A DNA stretch of 64,000 nucleotides, from the NCBI GenBank assembly GCA_963747235.1, contig CAVVEU010000008.1, positions 576,001 through 640,000 on the forward strand, read 5' to 3'. The stretch comes from an uncultured Candidatus Rokubacteria bacterium (GTDB lineage Bacteria > Methylomirabilota > Methylomirabilia > Rokubacteriales > CSP1-6). A program made the position numbers and the translations under genes. Of the stretch, positions 35,168 to 47,976 are shown piece after piece (positions within the stretch are counted from its first letter, which is position 1; the number at the start of each line of letters is the position of its first letter). Under the pieces are notes generated by a model. That model was given only the letters and a program-made list of their open reading frames with translations, had not been told where the DNA came from and made no database searches.

Positions 35168-36309
35168 CCGCGATGAACGCGTCTCCGGCGGTCCCGTCCC
35201 GGACCGCGCATCCGCTGCTGGTGCTGCTGGCCATCCTCGGGATCGTGGCCTTCCTCTACGGCGTGCTGCAGGGCTCGGCCCCCCGGGTGTGGGGCATCTA
35301 CCTCGTGAACCTGCTGTTCTGGTCGAGCCTCGCCATCACCGGCCCCGCGCTCGCCGCGATGATCCAGATCACGGAAGGGCGGTGGTCGCCGAGCATCAAG
35401 CGCATCGCGCTCACCACCGCGGGCTTCCTGCCCGTCTCCTTCGTGCTCTTCGTCGTGCTCTTCTTCGGGCGCGCGACGCTCTATCCCTGGGTGAACGAGC
35501 CCCTCCCGATCAAGGCGGCGTGGCTCAACGTGCCCTTCATGTCGCTGCGGATCGGGCTCGGCGTGCTGCTGCTGTACTGGATCGCGATGCGGCTCGTGAA
35601 GGCGGTGCTGGTCGAGGATCAGCCGGGCGGGGACGCACCCGCCGCGGTGAACCGGCGCAACCGGCTCGCGGGCTGGCTGCTCTTCTTCTACGTGGTCGTG
35701 CTCTCGCTCTGGGGCTTCGACCTCCTGATGTCCCTCGACCCGCGCTGGTACAGCGGCCTCTTCGGCGGCTACTACGTGGTCACCTCGATGTACACCGGCT
35801 TCGGGCTCGTCACGTATCTCACCATCCGCGCCAACGAGCGGGGCATGGCCCGGGTGGCGCCTCCCGCGATCCAGGACGTGGCCAAGCTGACCTTCGCGCT
35901 CTGCGTGTTCTGGATGTACTTCTTCTTCTCGCAGTACCTGGTGATCTGGTACGGCCACGTGCCCGTCGAGACCCGCTTCGTGATCCGGCGCTTCTTCACC
36001 CAGCCGTGGGGCACCATCGCGTGGGTCATCTTCATCGTCGGCTGGCTGATCCCGTTCTCGTATTTCCTCAAGCGGCTCACCGGGCGTCCGCCGGAGCGGC
36101 ATCGGGTGTTCAAGGTCATCCTGTTCTTCGGCTGGATCGCCATCTTCTTCGAGCGGATGCTGCTCGTGTTCCCCTCGCTGCTCCGGGACAACACGGTGCC
36201 GATCGGCCCGGTCGAGATCCTGGTCACGCTCGGCTTCTTCTCGCTCTTCGTGCTGAGCCGCAACTGGTTCCTCGCCCACTACAAGCCGGTCCTCAGCCTG
36301 CCCAAGTAG
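35164..36309 (+). CDS. actF: ACIII membrane subunit ActF
   Basis: DLLMSLDPRWYS, FWMYFFFSQYLVIWYG. Confidence 0.87.
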   Translation: MTAMNASPAVPSRTAHPLLVLLAILGIVAFLYGVLQGSAPRVWGIYLVNLLFWSSLAITGPALAAMIQITEGRWSPSIKRIALTTAGFLPVSFVLFVVLFFGRATLYPWVNEPLPIKAAWLNVPFMSLRIGLGVLLLYWIAMRLVKAVLVEDQPGGDAPAAVNRRNRLAGWLLFFYVVVLSLWGFDLLMSLDPRWYSGLFGGYYVVTSMYTGFGLVTYLTIRANERGMARVAPPAIQDVAKLTFALCVFWMYFFFSQYLVIWYGHVPVETRFVIRRFFTQPWGTIAWVIFIVGWLIPFSYFLKRLTGRPPERHRVFKVILFFGWIAIFFERMLLVFPSLLRDNTVPIGPVEILVTLGFFSLFVLSRNWFLAHYKPVLSLPK

Positions 36310-36348
36310 CCGCGTGGCCCGTCACGCCCCCGGGGTAAGATACCGGGC

Positions 36349-37577
36349 GTGATCTCCGTCGAGGAAGCGCTCGAACGCATCCTGTCGCGCGTGGCCGTGC
36401 TGGGCGACGAGCGGGTCTCGCTCACCGAGAGCCTCCACCGCGTGCTCGCCGAGGACGTGGACAGCCCGCGCGACATGCCGCCGTGGCCGGCCTCCTCGAT
36501 GGACGGGTACGCCCTCCGCAGCGCCGACACCGCCGCCGCCACGCCCGGGGCCCCCGCGCGCCTGCGTCCTGGCCGGCCGCGTGCCCGCGGGAGCGATGGC
36601 GGAGCGGCCGCTGCGGGACGGGCGAGGCCTTCCGGATCTTCACCGGCGCGCCGCTGCCCGAGGGCGCGGACGCGATCATTCCCCAGGAGGACGTGAGCGA
36701 GGAGGCGGGCGCGCTGCTCGTCCCGCGGCGGGTCGGCGACGGCGACTTCGTGCGGCCCCGCGGCGAGGACATGAAGCGGGGCGACCGCGTGCTCGAGCGC
36801 GGGCGGGTGCTGAGCGCGGCCGACATCGGGATGCTCGCCACGGTGGGCAAGAGCCCGGTGAGCGTGATCCGACGGCCCCGCGTGGGCATCCTCTCCACCG
36901 GCGACGAGCTGGTGGACCTCGGCGGCCGGATCGGCCCCGGCCAGATCCCGAACTCCAACAGCTATTCCCTCATCGCCCAGGTGATCGAGGCCGGCGCCCA
37001 GCCGGTGAGCCTCGGGATCGCGCGCGACCGGCTCGAGGACATCGAGGCGCGCCTCCGCTGGGGGCTCGGGTGCGACCTCGTGATGTCCTCCGCGGGCGTC
37101 TCGGTGGGCGAGCACGACTTCGTGAAGGCCGCGCTGGCGCGGCTCGGAGCGGAGCAGCACCTCTGGCTCGTGGACATGCGCCCCGGCAAGCCGATCGCCT
37201 TCTCGACGATCCCGCAGGAGGGCAAGGGCGCCCTGGCCCTCTTCGCGCTGCCCGGCAACCCCGTCTCCGCCATGGTCACCTTCGAGCTCTTCGTCCGCCC
37301 CGCGATCCTCCGCATGGCCGGCCACACCCGCCTCCACCGCCCAACGCTCAAGGCCCACGCCCTCGCCCCCATCAAGAACGGCGACACCCGCCGCGGCTAC
37401 CTGCGCGTGACCTTGACCCCAGACGGCGAAACCTACGGCGCCCGCCTCACCGGCACGCAGAGCTCCGGCGTGCTGCGATCAATGGTCACCGCCGACGGCC
37501 TCGCCATCGTCCCAGGCGAGACAACAATTCAGCCGGGCGAAGAAGTAAAGGTGATCGTCCTGCGCCCCGGTCTCTGA
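36349..37577 (+). CDS. moeA: Molybdopterin molybdotransferase (frameshift near 36570)
   Basis: SSMDGYA, STGDEL, GVSVGEHD, RPGKP, LPGNPVS. Confidence 0.93.
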
Positions 37578-37633
37578 GAATCGAAGCGGAAACGGCAAGC
37601 GCAAGCGGCAAGCGGAAACAAGGAGCGCAGGAC

Positions 37634-37798
37634 CGGGCGGGCAGCGGCGTGGGGGGCGGGGGTGGGGCGGGTGACCCGTTCCCCGCCAACGGAAGCCCAG
37701 AACCTCTCCATCCCGGATTGGGAACTCCTCCGCGGAACAACGAGTAAGGCGGTCGTGGTCAGAGCCCCACCCCCGCCCCCCGCGCCGCTGCCCGCCCG
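37634..37798. repeat. 165-bp element with 35-bp terminal inverted repeats (MITE/REP-like or structured RNA)
   Basis: 37634-37668 matches the reverse complement of 37764-37798 at 34/35 positions. Confidence 0.85.
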
Positions 37799-37817
37799 AC
37801 TCCCGCGCTCGCGCGCC

Positions 37818-38816
37818 TCAGGACTTCCGCACGAACAGGAACCAGAGCGTCGCGCAGGCCCCCGCGCACATCGACGCGAACGTGAGCAGGCTGCCGAGCG
37901 CGAGCGTCGCGGAGTTGGTAAGCCCCTGGTTGATGTTGCAGCCCTCGGCGACGAGCGCCGCCGCGCCCATGAGGAGCCCGCCGAGGAAGATCTTCGGCAG
38001 GCTGGACGCCGCGGGGAATTTCCACGCGAACTGGGCGGTGGTCCACGCCGCGACGAAGGCGCCGAGCGGCACGCCGAGGGCCATCAGCATGCTCCAGGTG
38101 ACGCGGTTGGGGTAGCCGACCATCGGGTAGGTGAGCAGGTGGCCGGTATTGGCCGCGAAGGTGATGCCGACCGGGCGGTCGCCGAAGGTCGAGGCCCACC
38201 AGCCCACCGCGATCATCACGCCGACGGCGGCGCCGCTGGCCGGCCAGGGCCACTTGCCGTGCTCGGGCTCGCGCCGGCCGCGCATCAGCCAGATGCCGAT
38301 CCCGACCGCGAGCACCGCGATCACGATCCACGGGGAGAGCCCCGCGATATTGGCCAGCGTCGGGGCCGCGCCGTCCCCGATCGTGATCGCGGGCTTCTGC
38401 AGCGCGGTGCGGATCGGCGCCAGCAGCCCGACGCCGGCGGTGGTGGCGCCGATGGCGAAGCCCACGAGCACGACCCAGGCGCCGACGGCGCCTTCTCCCA
38501 CCCGGTACCAGGTGCTGCCCGAGCAGCCGCCCGAGAGGATCATGCCCACGCCGAAGAGCAGGCCGCCCACGATGTTCGACACCCAGCGCAGGGGGCGCAG
38601 GGGAATGTCCACCAGTCCCAGCGCGTCGATCACCTGCACGCCCACCATCGCGACGAGCAGGGCGAGGATATAGGCGCGCAGGATATTGCCGTCCCGCATC
38701 AGGACCGCGTTCGAGAGCGCGCGGGTGAGGCAGAAGCCGCCACGCTGGATGATGTAGCCGAAGACGGCGCCGGTGCCGAGGGCGGAGACCGCGAGCATCC
38801 AGGGGAGCTCGTCCAT
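37818..38816 (-). CDS. YeeE/YedE (thiosulfate/sulfur transporter) family membrane protein
   Basis: RGGFC, GGLLFGVGMILSGGC, GGLLMG...EGCNI. Confidence 0.9.
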   Translation of the reverse strand: MDELPWMLAVSALGTGAVFGYIIQRGGFCLTRALSNAVLMRDGNILRAYILALLVAMVGVQVIDALGLVDIPLRPLRWVSNIVGGLLFGVGMILSGGCSGSTWYRVGEGAVGAWVVLVGFAIGATTAGVGLLAPIRTALQKPAITIGDGAAPTLANIAGLSPWIVIAVLAVGIGIWLMRGRREPEHGKWPWPASGAAVGVMIAVGWWASTFGDRPVGITFAANTGHLLTYPMVGYPNRVTWSMLMALGVPLGAFVAAWTTAQFAWKFPAASSLPKIFLGGLLMGAAALVAEGCNINQGLTNSATLALGSLLTFASMCAGACATLWFLFVRKS

Positions 38817-38824
38817 GGCCCGCC

Positions 38825-38853
38825 ATGCTAGCGAAAAGCCGAATGTCAGTCAA
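38825..38853 (-). promoter_or_regulatory. Sigma70 promoter of yeeE (probably leaderless transcript)
   Basis: Minus strand TTGACT-17 bp-TAGCAT, 8 nt before the ATG. Confidence 0.6.
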
Positions 38854-38903
38854 AGGCTCGTGAAAATTAGCTTTTCGATCGGACAGGTGCTACGGTCAAT
38901 GCC

Positions 38904-39713
38904 ATGGTGACCGGTTTTCGTGAGCGCATCGTGTGCACGGCGCCCCTCATGGGCCTCGTCCTGCTCGCGGCCGCGGGCTGCGGCACCGGGGAGAAGACGC
39001 GCCGCGAGGCCGAGATGGCCGCGCTGGTCAAGCAGGTGGAGGAGCTCAAGAAGGGGCAGGATCAGATCGGGAAGGACGTGGGCAAGCTGGCCGGCGAGAT
39101 GAAGGCCCTCGACGCGCAGGCCGCGTTCCTGGTCGGCGAGACGAAGACCGCGGCCACGGATCGCGAGCAGCTCAAGGCGGCGAGCCAGCAGCAGGACGGC
39201 GCGGTCCGCGCGCTGCGCTCCGCGCTCGACGAGACGAATCAGAAGGTGGCGACGCTCAGCGTGCCGCCGCCGGCCCCGGTGGCGGCCCCGAAGCCGGCCG
39301 CGCCGGCGCCCGGGCGCGAGGTGACGGCCGAGAAGCTCTACGCGACCGCGATGGCCAGCTTCCGCGCCGACGAGCACGGCCAGGCGGTGCTCGAGTTCAC
39401 CGAGCTCATCGACAAGTTCCCCAAGCACAACCTGGCCGCGAGCTCGCAGTACTGGATCGGCGAGGCCTACTATCGCCAGCGCGACTTCAACCAGGCGGTG
39501 ACCGAGTTCCAGAAGGTGTCCGATCTCTACCCGCAGAGCGCGCCGGTCGCGGAGTCGCTCCTCAAGCTCGGCATGTGCTACCGCGCGCTGCACGACCTGC
39601 CGCGCGCGCGCGAGACGTGGGAGCAGGTGGTGAAGTCGCATCCGCGGACCGAGGCCGCCACCCAGGCGCGCACGCTCCTCGCGTCTCTCGGCGGAGGCCG
39701 CTCGCCGCGGTGA
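38904..39713 (+). CDS. CpoB/YbgF-like TPR lipoprotein
   Basis: Lipobox AAGC, coiled coil, [10 protein letters not shown] and SLLKLG TPR motifs. Confidence 0.85.
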   Translation: MVTGFRERIVCTAPLMGLVLLAAAGCGTGEKTRREAEMAALVKQVEELKKGQDQIGKDVGKLAGEMKALDAQAAFLVGETKTAATDREQLKAASQQQDGAVRALRSALDETNQKVATLSVPPPAPVAAPKPAAPAPGREVTAEKLYATAMASFRADEHGQAVLEFTELIDKFPKHNLAASSQYWIGEAYYRQRDFNQAVTEFQKVSDLYPQSAPVAESLLKLGMCYRALHDLPRARETWEQVVKSHPRTEAATQARTLLASLGGGRSPR

Positions 39714-39781
39714 TCGCGCCCGCCCGGTTTTGCCCCAATTGGACGGTCCGGTATACTGAAGCGCACCGATGCGATGGAGTG

Positions 39782-40757
39782 ATGTCCGTGATACATGAGC
39801 GTATCCACGACGAGACGGGGTCCATCCCGCGCGCGATCGCGCGCGGGGACGCCGGGTTTCCGTCGCGGCTCGCGGAGATTCCCGACGCGCCCGCCGCGCT
39901 TCACGTGCGCGGCACGCTCGTGGACGCGGACGCGCTCGCGGTCGCCATCGTGGGCTCCCGACGGGCGACGCCCTACGGCCTCGAGGTCGCCGAGACGCTC
40001 GCGGCGGACCTCGCCGCGCGCGGCGTCACCATCGTGAGCGGGCTCGCGCGCGGCATCGACAGCGCGGCCCATCGCGGCGCGCTCCGCGTCGGCGGGCGCA
40101 CCATCGCGGTGCTCGGCTCGGGCGTGGACGTGATCTATCCGCCCGAGAACCGGCGGCTCGCGGCGCGAGATCGCGGCGCGCGGCGCCCTGCTCTCCCAGT
40201 TCGCGCCGGGGACGCCGCCGCTGCCGCACAACTTCCCGATCCGCAACCAGGTGATCGCGGGGATATCGCTCGCGGTGGTGGTCGTCGAGGCGGCCGAGAA
40301 GAGCGGCTCGCTCATCACCGCGCGCCTCGCCGCCGAGCTCGGCCGCGAGGTGCTCGCGGTGCCGGGACGCATCACCGCGCCGGAGAGTCGCGGGGCCAAC
40401 CGGCTGATCCAGGACGGGGCGCACGTGGCGATGGGCTGGGAGGACGTGGTCGCGGTCCTGCCCGAGCGCTGGAAGGCCTGCGTGACCACTGACGGACGAG
40501 TTGGAACGGCAGGAGGCGCCGCAGTGGCAGGGCGAGGCGCAGCCGCAGGCGAGCCGAGCGAATACGAGAAAGAAGTTACGGTAGCGACCCGGAACATCCT
40601 CGGCATCCTCGGCGAGGATCCGATCGACATCGACCACGTGATCGAGCGCAGTGGGCTGGGCGCCGGGCGCGTGTCGGCCGCGCTGCTGGAGCTGGAGCTC
40701 GAGGGGCGGGTGCGGCAGATCGAGGGCAAGCGGTTCGTCCGGATCGGACGAGGATAG
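39782..40757 (+). CDS. dprA: DNA-processing protein DprA (frameshift near 40165)
   Basis: [32 protein letters not shown]-terminal LLELELEG. Confidence 0.93.
40527..40581 (+). repeat. Dispersed repeat copy C (in the dprA linker)
   Basis: GCAGGGCGAGGCGCAGCCGCAGGCGAGCCGAGCGAATACGAGAAAGAAGTTACGG. Confidence 0.8.
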
Positions 40758-40768
40758 GAGACCGGCGG

Positions 40769-43027
<2,259 letters not shown>

Positions 43028-43049
43028 GGAGCCTCCCGGTTCATCCACG

Positions 43050-43922
43050 ATGGACGCGGCGGTCGGATCCTTCCTCGAATACCAGGCGGTCGAGCGTGGC
43101 GCGTCTCCCCATACCCTCCGGGGCTACACCGCCGATCTGACCGAGTTTTCCCGCTTCCTCGCCGCCGAGAAGATCGCGGGCTGGGAGACGGCGGATACGC
43201 GCGTGGTCCGGGCCTACCTGGTGTGGCTCCACAAGCGGAAGCTGGCCAAGGCCACCATCGCGCGCAAGCTGGCCGCGGTGCGGAGCTGCTTTCGCTTCCT
43301 CGGCCGCCGCGGCGCCATGGAGGTGAATCCGGCGCGCCAGGTGCGCGGCCCGCGCCTGGGCCGGCGGCTCCCGTCGTTCCTGCCGGTGGACGAGACCGCG
43401 GTGCTCTTGAGTCCCGAGCCGGAGCCGTCCCTGGCCGGCGCGCGCGATCGCGCGCTGCTCGAGCTGCTCTACGCGAGCGGGCTCCGGGTGGCCGAGGGCT
43501 GCGGCCTCGACGTGGACGACCTGGATGAGGACCGGCGCACCGTGCGCGTCCTCGGCAAGGGCAGCAAGGAGCGCGTGGTGCCGGTCGGCGAGTCCGCGCT
43601 GGAGGCCCTCGCGGCCTACCTGGCACTCCGCGGGCGCCGGCGCGGGCCGCTCTTCCTCAACCCGCGCGGCGGCCGGCTCACCACGCGGAGCGCGCTGCGC
43701 ATCGTGCGCGCCCGCGCGCGCCGGGCCGGGATCGCCCAGCGGGTGACGCCCCACACCCTCCGCCACAGCTTCGCCACGCACATGCTGGGGGCGGGCGCGG
43801 ATCTCCGGCTCATCCAGGAGCTGCTGGGCCACAGCCGCCTCTCCACCACCCAGCGCTACACCCACGTGAGCCCGGAGCACCTGATGCGCGTGTACGACGC
43901 CGCGCATCCGCGGGCGACCTGA
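43050..43922 (+). CDS. xerC: Tyrosine recombinase XerC
   Basis: [32 protein letters not shown]; topA-xerC-hslVU synteny. Confidence 0.88.
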   Translation: MDAAVGSFLEYQAVERGASPHTLRGYTADLTEFSRFLAAEKIAGWETADTRVVRAYLVWLHKRKLAKATIARKLAAVRSCFRFLGRRGAMEVNPARQVRGPRLGRRLPSFLPVDETAVLLSPEPEPSLAGARDRALLELLYASGLRVAEGCGLDVDDLDEDRRTVRVLGKGSKERVVPVGESALEALAAYLALRGRRRGPLFLNPRGGRLTTRSALRIVRARARRAGIAQRVTPHTLRHSFATHMLGAGADLRLIQELLGHSRLSTTQRYTHVSPEHLMRVYDAAHPRAT

Positions 43923-43940
43923 GAGGACTCGGAGCTCGCC

Positions 43941-44489
43941 ATGACGTCGCCGACCGCCCCGTCGATCCACGCCACCACCGTGGTCTGCGTCCGGCACAAG
44001 GGCCGCGTGGCGGTGGCGGGCGATGGGCAGGTCACCTTCGGCCAGACCATCATGAAGGCGGGCGCGCGCAAGGTGCGCAAGATGCACCACGACCGCGTGC
44101 TCGCCGGCTTCGCGGGCGCGGCCGCCGACGCGTTCACGCTCTTCGCGCGCTTCGAGGCGAAGCTCGAGGAGCACCGGGGCAATCTCCCGCGCGCCGCCGT
44201 CGAGCTGGCCAAGGAGTGGCGCATGGACCGCGTGCTCCGGCGGCTCGAGGCGCTGCTGGCGGTGGCCGACGCGGAGACGAGCTTCATCGTGTCGGGCACC
44301 GGCGACGTGATCGAGCCCGACGACGGCCTGGTCGGGATCGGCTCGGGCGGGCCCTACGCCCTCGCCGCGGCGCGGGCGCTGCGGGCGCACTCCACGCTCG
44401 AGGCGCCGCAGATCGCGGAGGAGTCTCTCCGCATCGCGGCCGGCATCTGCGTCTACACGAACGATCAGATCACGGTGCTGAGCCTGTGA
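43941..44489 (+). CDS. hslV: HslV protease subunit
   Basis: TTVVC, GDGQVT, IGSGG. Confidence 0.96.
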   Translation: MTSPTAPSIHATTVVCVRHKGRVAVAGDGQVTFGQTIMKAGARKVRKMHHDRVLAGFAGAAADAFTLFARFEAKLEEHRGNLPRAAVELAKEWRMDRVLRRLEALLAVADAETSFIVSGTGDVIEPDDGLVGIGSGGPYALAAARALRAHSTLEAPQIAEESLRIAAGICVYTNDQITVLSL

Positions 44490-45877
44490 CCGACCAGCCC
44501 GCTCCGCCGCTCGGCCAACCGCTCGGAACAAGCGGCCTCACGCCGGCCCAGATCACCGCCGAGCTCGACCGCTTCATCGTGGGCCAGGGCAAGGCCAAGC
44601 GCGCGGTCGCCATCGCGCTCCGCAACCGGTGGCGGCGGCAGAACCTGCCCGCCGAGCTGCGCGACGAGGTCGCGCCGAAGAACATCATCATGATCGGGCC
44701 CACCGGGGTCGGGAAGACCGAGATCGCCCGGCGCCTCGCCAAGCTCGCCCAGGCCCCGTTCCTCAAGGTGGAGGCGTCCAAGTACACCGAGGTGGGCTAC
44801 GTGGGCCGGGACGTCGAGTCCATGATCCGCGACCTGACCGAGCTGGGCGTGAGCATGGTCAAGGCGGAGATGGCGGCCGCGGTGCGCGAGCGGGCGGAGA
44901 CGCTGGCCGAGGAGCGGCTCCTCGACCTGCTGCTGCCCCGCCGCCCCGGCGAAGCCTACGTGAGCGGCACGCTCGAGGAGGTGTCGCCCGACGCCTCCCG
45001 CGATGCGACCCGGGACAAGCTCCGGGCCCAGCTCCGCTCCGGCAAGCTCGACGAGCGGCCCATCGAGATGGACGTGCAGCAGGCCGGGCCCATGCTGGAG
45101 GTCCTCCCGGGCCAGGGCATGGAGGAGATCGGGATCAACCTCAAGGACATGCTCTCGCACCTCATGCCCGGCCGCACGCGGCGGCGGCGGGTCAAGGTGG
45201 GGGAGGCGCGGCGGCTGCTGGCCCAGGAGGAAGCCCAGAAGCTGGTGGACATGGACGAGGCGGTGGGCCAGGCGGTCCGCCGGGTGGAGAACTCGGGCAT
45301 CATCTTCCTGGACGAGCTGGACAAGATCGCGGGCCGGGAGGGCGGCCGGGGCCCCGACGTGTCGCGGGAAGGGGTGCAGCGCGACCTCCTGCCGATCGTC
45401 GAGGGCTCGACGGTGACCACGAAATACGGCGCGGTCCGGACCGACCACATCCTGTTCATCGCGGCGGGGGCCTTCCACGTGGCCAAGCCGGCGGACCTGA
45501 TCCCGGAGCTGCAGGGGCGCTTCCCGATCCGGGTCGAGCTGGAGCCCTTGACGCGGCCGGATTTTATCCGCATTCTGAGCGAACCTCAGAACGCCCTGAT
45601 ACGGCAATATGTTGAGCTGCTGAGGACGGAAGGGGTGACGCTGCGCTTCACCACCGACGCGGTGGAGGCCATCGCCGAGATCGCGTTCACGGTGAACCAG
45701 CGGGCCGAGAACATCGGGGCCCGGCGCCTGTACACGGTGATGGAGCGGCTGCTGGAGGAGATCTCCTTCGACGCCCCCAACCTGGTCGGGCGGGAGCTCG
45801 TGATCGACGCGGAGTACGTGCACGCGCAGCTGGCCGACGTGGTGAAGGACGAGGATCTCTCCCGCTACATCTTATAA
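44486..45877 (+). CDS. hslU: HslU ATPase subunit
   Basis: [31 protein letters not shown]. Confidence 0.97.
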   Translation: MTDQPAPPLGQPLGTSGLTPAQITAELDRFIVGQGKAKRAVAIALRNRWRRQNLPAELRDEVAPKNIIMIGPTGVGKTEIARRLAKLAQAPFLKVEASKYTEVGYVGRDVESMIRDLTELGVSMVKAEMAAAVRERAETLAEERLLDLLLPRRPGEAYVSGTLEEVSPDASRDATRDKLRAQLRSGKLDERPIEMDVQQAGPMLEVLPGQGMEEIGINLKDMLSHLMPGRTRRRRVKVGEARRLLAQEEAQKLVDMDEAVGQAVRRVENSGIIFLDELDKIAGREGGRGPDVSREGVQRDLLPIVEGSTVTTKYGAVRTDHILFIAAGAFHVAKPADLIPELQGRFPIRVELEPLTRPDFIRILSEPQNALIRQYVELLRTEGVTLRFTTDAVEAIAEIAFTVNQRAENIGARRLYTVMERLLEEISFDAPNLVGRELVIDAEYVHAQLADVVKDEDLSRYIL

Positions 45878-45878
45878 A

Positions 45879-46766
45879 GTGAACGAGCGCATGATGCCGA
45901 TCCCGGAGCTGGTGCAGCGCGCCGAGCTGCTCATCGAGGCGCTGCCCTATATCCGTGCCTTCCAGGGCAAGACCCTCGTGATCAAGTACGGGGGGGCCGC
46001 CATGGAGCAGGCGGATCTCAAGGAGCAGTTCGCCAAGGACGTGCTCCTCCTCCGCCTCGTCGGCATCCGGCCGGTCATCGTGCACGGCGGTGGTCCCCAG
46101 ATCGGCGCCCTCATGAAGCGGCTCGGCAAGGAGCCGAAGTTCGTGGGCGGCATGCGCGTCACCGACGAGGAGACGGTCGAGATCGTCGAGATGGTGCTGG
46201 TCGGCAAGATCAACAAGGAGATCGTGGGCCTGATCAACCTGCACGGGGGCCGGGCGGTGGGGCTCTCCGGCAAGGACGCGAGCCTGCTGCGGGCCCACAA
46301 GCGGCTGCACAAGATGCCCGACGGGACCTCGGTGGACATCGGGCTGGTGGGCGAGGTGGAAGCGGTCAATCCCGAGCCGATCCGGCTGCTCGAGGAGAAC
46401 GGGTTCATCCCGGTGATCGCGCCGGTCGGGGTGGGGGCGGCGGGCGAGACCTACAACATCAACGCGGACCTGGTGGCGGGCGACGTGGCCGCCGCGCTCT
46501 TCGCGGAGAAGCTGATCCACCTCACGGACGTCACCGGCATCAACGGCGAGGACGGCCGCCTGATCTCGACGCTCACCAAGCGTGACGCGGAGCGGCTGAT
46601 CAAGGCGGGCGTGATCGACGGGGGCATGCTGCCCAAGGTGGAGTCCTCGCTGCGAGCCCTCGGCGGCGGCGCCCAGAAGGCGCACATCATCGACGGCCGC
46701 GTGCCCCACGCGATCCTGCTCGAGGTCCTCACCAAAGAAGGTATCGGGACCGAAATCGTCCTATGA
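45879..46766 (+). CDS. argB: Acetylglutamate kinase
   Basis: KYGGAAM, VHGGGP, NINAD, GGMLPK. Confidence 0.96.
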   Translation: MNERMMPIPELVQRAELLIEALPYIRAFQGKTLVIKYGGAAMEQADLKEQFAKDVLLLRLVGIRPVIVHGGGPQIGALMKRLGKEPKFVGGMRVTDEETVEIVEMVLVGKINKEIVGLINLHGGRAVGLSGKDASLLRAHKRLHKMPDGTSVDIGLVGEVEAVNPEPIRLLEENGFIPVIAPVGVGAAGETYNINADLVAGDVAAALFAEKLIHLTDVTGINGEDGRLISTLTKRDAERLIKAGVIDGGMLPKVESSLRALGGGAQKAHIIDGRVPHAILLEVLTKEGIGTEIVL

Positions 46767-46773
46767 GGGAGCC

Positions 46774-47976
46774 ATGACGGATACCAAGACGCTGATCGAG
46801 TGGGCGGACAAGCACCTGATGTACACCGCCAAGCGCGCCCCGGTGGTGCTGGTGCGCGGCGACGGGGCGCGGGTGTGGGACAGCGACGGCAAGGAGTACC
46901 TCGACTTCACCGGCGGCATCGCGGTGACCGCGCTCGGGCACTCCCATCCCAAGGTGGTGGGGACGATGCGGGAGCAGGCGGCCACGCTGCTCCACGTGTC
47001 GAACCTCTTCTACATCCCGCAGCAGACCCAGCTCGCCAAGCTGCTCTGCGATCATTCGTTCGCCGACCGGGTGTTCTTCTCCAACTCGGGCGCGGAGGCC
47101 AACGAGACCGCGATCAAGCTCGCGCGGAAGTGGGCCAAGGAGCACGGGGCCAGCGACCGCGGGGACATCATCACGATGCGGGGCGGCTTCCACGGGCGGA
47201 CGCTGGCCACCGTGACCGCCACCGCGCAGGAGAAGTACCACCACGGGTTCGAGCCGCTGCCCGGCGGGTTCAAGTACGTGCCGTTCAACGACCTGCGCGC
47301 GGTGGAGCGGGCCATCGACAGCCACACCGCCGCGGTGATGGTCGAGCCGATCCAGGGCGAGGGCGGCGTCAACATCCCGGACGACGGCTACCTGCCCGGG
47401 CTGCGCAAGCTCTGCGACGAGGCGGGGATCCTGCTCGTGCTGGACGAGATCCAGACCGGCATGGGGCGCACCGGCCGGCTCTGGGGCTACGAGCACTCCG
47501 GCATCGAGCCCGACATCATGACGCTGGCCAAGGCGCTGGCCAACGGGGTGCCGATCGGGGCCACCCTCGCCACCGAGAGCGTGGCGTCCGCGTTCACGCC
47601 GGGCACCCACGGCTCCACCTTCGGCGGCAACCCGTTCGTCACCGCGGTGGGCCTGACCGTGTTCACGACGCTGATGGAGGAGCGGCTGCCCGAGCGCGCG
47701 GCCACCACCGGCCGCCTGCTGCGCGATCAGCTCGAGGCGGTGCGCGGCCGGCACCCGAAGGCGGCGACCGCGGTGCGGGGGCGCGGTCTGCTCGTGGGCA
47801 TGGACCTGGTGCCGCCGGTGGGCGAGGTCATCGGGGCCTGCCGCGAGCGCGGCCTGCTCGTGCTCAGCGCGGGCGACAATACGTTGCGGCTGGCTCCGCC
47901 TTTGATTACCGACGAGGCCACCGTGCGCCGCGCGGTCGAGATCATCGATCAGGTCCTGAGCGGCTTCGTGAAGTGA
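46774..47976 (+). CDS. argD: Acetylornithine aminotransferase
   Basis: [36 protein letters not shown]. Confidence 0.94.
   Translation: MTDTKTLIEWADKHLMYTAKRAPVVLVRGDGARVWDSDGKEYLDFTGGIAVTALGHSHPKVVGTMREQAATLLHVSNLFYIPQQTQLAKLLCDHSFADRVFFSNSGAEANETAIKLARKWAKEHGASDRGDIITMRGGFHGRTLATVTATAQEKYHHGFEPLPGGFKYVPFNDLRAVERAIDSHTAAVMVEPIQGEGGVNIPDDGYLPGLRKLCDEAGILLVLDEIQTGMGRTGRLWGYEHSGIEPDIMTLAKALANGVPIGATLATESVASAFTPGTHGSTFGGNPFVTAVGLTVFTTLMEERLPERAATTGRLLRDQLEAVRGRHPKAATAVRGRGLLVGMDLVPPVGEVIGACRERGLLVLSAGDNTLRLAPPLITDEATVRRAVEIIDQVLSGFVK

Noticed and set aside
26400-40581. Repeat copies as a CRISPR array
   Set aside because: Copies are kilobases apart, with no spacers and no cas genes
43050-43922. 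Tyrosine recombinase as a sign of a mobile element
   Set aside because: Sits in the conserved dprA-topA-xerC-hslVU context; no att sites or cargo
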